Positions 58,642 through 62,817 of a stretch of DNA of 62,817 nucleotides are shown here, piece by piece. The notes under the pieces are model-generated. The model had not been told where the DNA came from. It was given only the letters and a program-made list of their open reading frames with translations, and made no database searches. Position 1 is the first letter of the stretch. Each line of letters opens with the position of its first letter. Position numbers and translations under genes: made by a program. The stretch is from NCBI GenBank assembly GCA_964413115.1, contig CAYPSQ010000001.1, positions 36,827 through 99,643 on the forward strand, in the 5' to 3' direction. Source of the DNA: an uncultured Rhizobiaceae bacterium. Its GTDB lineage: Bacteria > Pseudomonadota > Alphaproteobacteria > UBA828.

Positions 58642-60429
58642 TCAGCCAAGCGGCCAAACCCATAGAATCATGGGGATTGAGACCGCGACGATGAGAATTT
58701 CCAGCGGCAGACCCATGCGCCAATAATCGCCAAATCGATAGCCGCCCGGCCCGAGAATTAGGGTGTTGTTCTGATGACCGATGGGCGTGAGAAAGGCGCA
58801 AGAAGCTCCAATAGCGACGGCCATAAGGAAGGCATCGGCGTTGACTTGGAGGCGTTCCGCCAGACCCACTGCGATCGGCGCCATGATAACCGCGGTAGCC
58901 GCATTATTGACGATGTCCGAAAGCGTCATGGTGACGATCAGGAGAATGGTCAGCACTAGAACCGGCGATATGCCGTTGCCAATATCGAGAATGAATTCTG
59001 TGATGAGATCAGTGGCGCCGGTACTCTCCAGCGCTCCGCCAATGGGAATCATTGCGCCCAGCAGGACGATCACGGGCCAATTGATGCTGTCATAGGCCTC
59101 ACGCAGCGATGCCACGTTGAGAAACAGCATCGCCATTGCAGCGAGGCTGAGCGCGATCGGCGCCGCCACAAGGCCGAGCGACATGAACACAATGGCGGCA
59201 ACGAACACGGCGAGGGAAAGCCAAGCGCGCTCCGGTCGGCCGATGCGCAACCCGCGCTCCGCTAATGGCAGGCATCCTATGTCGTTCAGGATCGTCGGCA
59301 TTTGGTCGACCGGCCCCTGGAGCAAAAGGACATCACCGGCTCGTAGGCGCATCGTATGCAGGCGTGTCCGTATGGGTCGTCCTTGCCGCGAAACTGCCAA
59401 CAGGTTGACGCCGAAACGCCCACGCAGGCGTATGCCACTGGCGGTTCTATTTTCGATCATGCCAGCGGGCGAGACGACGGCTTCCACCAGGGCAAGTTCA
59501 TCAGACTTTAGGTCGCCACTGACCTCAGCACCAGAGCCCACTAATTCCAGGCCATAGGCGTTTACCACCTTGTCAATGCCCTCAGGAGCAGCTTCCAATA
59601 CAAGAATGTCGCCGCCCGATATACGGCCGCGCCAAGTGGCGCTGTGAATGCGCTGATGTTCCCGAATAAGCCCGACAAACTCGACCTCAAGTCTTTCGAA
59701 CTCGGTTTCGACCTGCCGTCGCCCCTTTCCAAGCAGGGCAGACTCTTCGGGTACCAGCAACTCAGTAACATACGCTTCAATTTCAAAAAGCGATTCCTCG
59801 CCGGCCTTGGTGCGCCGCGCCGCGGGGATGAGCCGCCAGCCTAGAAATGCGACGAAAATCAGGCCAGTAAACGCCACCACAGCACCCACCGGTGTAAAAT
59901 CGAACATGGAGAACGCCTCGCCACCATGTTTGGCCCGGTAATTCGCGATAATGATGTTCGGCGGGGTCCCTATCAGGGTGATGGTGCCGCCCAGGATGGA
60001 GGCGAAAGCCAGTGGCATCAGGATAAATCCAGGAGTCCGTTTGGCTTTAGCCGCAGATTTCATAGCTACCGGCATCAACAGAGCAAGCGCTCCGACATTG
60101 TTGATAAAGGCCGAGAGCAGAGCCGATATACTGCCGATGAAACCAACGTGAAGCGATTCGCTACGCTCCGCCGCTGGATCCAAACCCTTGGCCAGCATAT
60201 CAATTAGGCCTGAATTGGAGAGCGCGCGGCTGATGATAAGTACAGCCGCCACTGTGACGACTGCGGGATGACCAAAGCCGATAAATGCCTCGATCGGCTC
60301 CACTAAGCCGATCACCACCGCTACGAGGAGAGCTGTAAAGGCGATCAGGTCATAGCGCCAGCGTCCCCAAATGAAGAGAGCGAGAATTCCACCGATCAGG
60401 GCCAAAATGGCAATTTGGTCGAACGACAT
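58642..60429 (-). CDS. SLC13/DASS-type anion permease with two central TrkA-C domains
   Basis: 595 aa. Polytopic N- and C-terminal halves (...ILALIGGILALFIWGRW..., ...ILTILLIVTMTLSDIVNNAATAV...) flank a soluble ~170-aa insert with repeated ...L.VPE.S.L.GK... and ...V.S..S...G.... TrkA-C-like units. Confidence 0.8.
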   Translation of the reverse strand: MSFDQIAILALIGGILALFIWGRWRYDLIAFTALLVAVVIGLVEPIEAFIGFGHPAVVTVAAVLIISRALSNSGLIDMLAKGLDPAAERSESLHVGFIGSISALLSAFINNVGALALLMPVAMKSAAKAKRTPGFILMPLAFASILGGTITLIGTPPNIIIANYRAKHGGEAFSMFDFTPVGAVVAFTGLIFVAFLGWRLIPAARRTKAGEESLFEIEAYVTELLVPEESALLGKGRRQVETEFERLEVEFVGLIREHQRIHSATWRGRISGGDILVLEAAPEGIDKVVNAYGLELVGSGAEVSGDLKSDELALVEAVVSPAGMIENRTASGIRLRGRFGVNLLAVSRQGRPIRTRLHTMRLRAGDVLLLQGPVDQMPTILNDIGCLPLAERGLRIGRPERAWLSLAVFVAAIVFMSLGLVAAPIALSLAAMAMLFLNVASLREAYDSINWPVIVLLGAMIPIGGALESTGATDLITEFILDIGNGISPVLVLTILLIVTMTLSDIVNNAATAVIMAPIAVGLAERLQVNADAFLMAVAIGASCAFLTPIGHQNNTLILGPGGYRFGDYWRMGLPLEILIVAVSIPMILWVWPLG

Positions 60430-60653
60430 TCAATAAAACCAGTTAACTCGTGGCATTGCAGTTGTGTGTTCGACCTCGATCATACCCTTTCCAACGTGGT
60501 GCTGCGATGCGCAAAAACATGAAAATATTGGGTAATTCGGAACCAATCATCTTTCCTGCTGGACAGACGCCGTGCGAAGCGCTGCAATCAAGAGAATGAA
60601 TACCGATAAACTTAAGTGGCAAGTCATAGCCTATGTCGGGTGGGGAGGGCGAG

Positions 60654-61508
60654 ATGATATTACTGACCGGAGCAACCGGAACGACGGGACAGGAAACGGT
60701 TCGTCAACTGCTCGAAAAGGGTGTGCCGTTCCGCGTCATGACGCGAGATATCGCGCGCGCCAAAACAATATTGGGACCGGACCTGGACTATGTGGTTGGT
60801 GATTTTGCCGCGCCCGAGACACTGGCTACAGCATTTGACGGGATAACGCGGCTCTCTCTCCTCTGCGCTTTCGCGGAGAAAATGGTTACGCTTGAATTGA
60901 ATGCCGTCGCTGCGGCCAAACGCGCCGGCATCACCCATATTGTTAAGATGTCGGCCATCGGCTCGGCGCCCGACGCGCCGACGATGATTAGACGCTGGCA
61001 TGGTGAGATCGAACAGCGCATCGAGCGCGAAGGCTTTGCATACACTAATATATGGCCGAACGCGTTCATGCAGAATTTTCGCCGTTTCGCGCCCTTCATC
61101 AAGAACGATGGCGTGTTTTATGCAGCTATCGGCGAATCGCGCGTGGCTCTGGTCGATGTCGTGGATGTCGCCGCTGTTACGGTAGCGGCGCTCATCGAGG
61201 ACGGCCATGAAGAGCAAACCTATGAGATCACTGGGCCACGTGCCTATTCCTACCGTGAATGCGCGGAAATATTGTCTCGGGCCTTGAGTAAAACAGTGCG
61301 CTTTGAATCTGTATCCATGGAAACCTCGCATAAAGCCTTGGTTAATGCTGGATTGCTGCCGGCATTGGCAGACGCGCTGATCGAAATCGATCAGATGTTT
61401 ATCGATGGATTTGGTGCGCCTGTTACCGATGTAGTCGATCGGGTTGTTGGACGCCCGCCGCGTAGTTTTGAGGCTTTTGCCCGCGACAATACCGATTCTT
61501 TCTCCTAA
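60654..61508 (+). CDS. NmrA-like/atypical SDR NAD(P)-binding protein
   Basis: MILLTGATGTTGQETVRQLLEKGVPFRVMTRD.... ATG 60654 lies after GGGGAGGG. The track start is 60633. Confidence 0.75.
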   Translation: MILLTGATGTTGQETVRQLLEKGVPFRVMTRDIARAKTILGPDLDYVVGDFAAPETLATAFDGITRLSLLCAFAEKMVTLELNAVAAAKRAGITHIVKMSAIGSAPDAPTMIRRWHGEIEQRIEREGFAYTNIWPNAFMQNFRRFAPFIKNDGVFYAAIGESRVALVDVVDVAAVTVAALIEDGHEEQTYEITGPRAYSYRECAEILSRALSKTVRFESVSMETSHKALVNAGLLPALADALIEIDQMFIDGFGAPVTDVVDRVVGRPPRSFEAFARDNTDSFS

Positions 61509-61543
61509 CCCCGAACCCCGAACCGCAAAGTTAAGAGCGTAAC

Positions 61544-62817
61544 ATGGTAAATTACATCAAAAAGGCCCTGCCCCAGAAAGCGCAGGACGTAAGTTTGGTC
61601 GACGAGACGGCGCGCCGCATGCTGGCCGATATAAAGGAAAATGGCGACGTGGCGGTTTCTCGCTATGCGGCGGAACTAGATAAGTGGCAGGGCGGGAATT
61701 TTCGCGTAACCGAGGATCAGATTGCCGCCGCCGAGGCGTCGCTTCCGGAGACGTTTAAGGAAGATTTCGAATTTTGTCATCGCCAAATTACGCAGTTCGC
61801 GCAACGGCAGCTCGAAACACTCACCGAATTTGAGTGCGAAACCGAGCCCGGCATTGTGCTCGGGCAAAAACAGATCCCCGTTACAAATATTGGTTGCTAT
61901 ATCCCGGGCGGAAAATATCCTCTGGTGGCGGCGGCAAGCATGAGCGTAGGCGTGGCACGCACCGCGGGTGTCGAACACATCATCGGCTGCGCGCCACCGC
62001 GCGACGGCAAGGAGATGTACGCGCCAACGCTTTACGCGCTGCACAAAGCGGGTGCCGACGAGATTTACGCGCTGGGCGGAATTCAGGCGATGGCGTCGAT
62101 GGCTTTTGGCTGTGTTGGCATGCGCGCGGTTGATTTAATCACGGGACCCGGTAACGCTTATGTGGCTGAGGCCAAGCGTCAACTATACGGCACCGTGGGG
62201 ATAGACCTGCTTGCCGGTCCGACGGAGATTCTCATCATCGCCGATGAGACCGCAGACCCCGAACTTGTAGCGACCGATTTGCTCGGCCAGGCGGAGCATG
62301 GCCCCGATAGCCCGGCGTGGCTCGTCACCACATCGCGGCCGACCGGTGAAGCGGTTCTGGCGCAGGTCGAGGAACAATTGAAAACTTTACCGACCCGCGG
62401 AGTCGCCGCGCCGGCGTGGCGGGATCACGGAGAAATCGCCGTGGTTTCGGATATAGATGAAGCGATCCGTGTTAGTGACGAGTATGCGCCCGAACACCTT
62501 GAACTCATGACCGGCCGTGACGATGAATATCTATCGCGCTTAAAAAATTACGGCAGCTTGTTCGTCGGCGAAGAGGCAACCGTTGCATACGGTGATAAAG
62601 GTATTGGCACCAACCACACGCTGCCAACCAGCGGCGCATCGCGTTATACGGGTGGTTTATGGGTTGGAAAATTCATCAAAACGGTGACTTACCAGCGGCT
62701 CAAGCCTTCGGCTAGCCGAGCCATTGCGCCGGTGCTGGCACGACAGTGCAATGTTGAGGGCATGTTGGCGCACGGCATCACCTGCGATGTCCGCTTTGCG
62801 CGGTATGAGGGCGCCAA
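61544..62817 (+). CDS. histidinol dehydrogenase family protein (HisD paralogue, possibly sulfopropanediol-3-dehydrogenase-like); 3' end runs off the right edge
   Basis: Not in the ORF track because there is no stop in the window. My translation is MVNYIKKALPQKAQDVSLVDETARRMLADIKENGDVAVSRYAAELDKW...CYIPGGKYPLVAAS...ITGPGNAYVAEAKRQLYGTVGIDLLAGPTEILIIAD...LLGQAEHGPDSPAWLVT...YAPEHLELM...GDKGIGTNHTLPTSGASRYTGGLWVGKFIK.... All of these are HisD-family motifs. Confidence 0.85.
   Translation, partial: MVNYIKKALPQKAQDVSLVDETARRMLADIKENGDVAVSRYAAELDKWQGGNFRVTEDQIAAAEASLPETFKEDFEFCHRQITQFAQRQLETLTEFECETEPGIVLGQKQIPVTNIGCYIPGGKYPLVAAASMSVGVARTAGVEHIIGCAPPRDGKEMYAPTLYALHKAGADEIYALGGIQAMASMAFGCVGMRAVDLITGPGNAYVAEAKRQLYGTVGIDLLAGPTEILIIADETADPELVATDLLGQAEHGPDSPAWLVTTSRPTGEAVLAQVEEQLKTLPTRGVAAPAWRDHGEIAVVSDIDEAIRVSDEYAPEHLELMTGRDDEYLSRLKNYGSLFVGEEATVAYGDKGIGTNHTLPTSGASRYTGGLWVGKFIKTVTYQRLKPSASRAIAPVLARQCNVEGMLAHGITCDVRFARYEGA

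Noticed and set aside
61507-61525. Mini tandem repeat CCCCGAA-CCCCGAA-CCGCAAA between the NmrA-like and HisD-like genes
   Set aside because: It has only two and a half short units in a 35-bp spacer, which is too small to interpret.

Overview
This 62.8-kb segment has the gene content and synteny of an alphaproteobacterial chromosome. I call about 60 densely packed protein-coding genes on both strands. Left to right they are: ubiA (partial, missing from the ORF track), rsmE, gshA, an aminotransferase and tldD. Next comes the aa3 cytochrome c oxidase cluster: coxB, coxA, ctaB, a small ORF, ctaG, coxC, a DUF983 gene and surf1. Then follow an M32 carboxypeptidase, thrC, an M16 peptidase, a GNAT, yqgE, a peroxiredoxin, rnhA-thrB, and a CDGSH protein with a lipoprotein. 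A tandem glycine riboswitch with an intrinsic terminator precedes gcvT-gcvH-gcvP. After that come the F0 operon atpI-B-E-F'-F, smc, a DsbA-like gene, DUF721, mutY, and kef-rnhB-ccrM. The remaining core genes are a radical SAM gene divergent from a GT2/DUF2064 transferase pair, moaB, slt, a family-4 UDG, ETF-QO, a TPR protein and ispE. The last ~14 kb (48.5 kb to the end) looks accessory. It holds a tandem DUF427 protein, a nucleotide-sugar dehydrogenase/epimerase pair, two divergent acetoacetate-decarboxylase-fold paralogues beside hyuB-hyuA and an SDR, an SLC13/TrkA-C permease, an NmrA-like protein and a HisD paralogue (partial, also missing from the ORF track). I found no rRNA, tRNA, CRISPR array, transposase, integrase, phage gene or recognisable defence system. 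Most of the window is ordinary core genome. The best candidates for undescribed biology are the ADC-fold/HyuAB/SDR module, the radical-SAM plus paired-transferase locus, and the HisD-paralogue/permease island. All three are inferences from sequence reading only, and no search or folding software was run.
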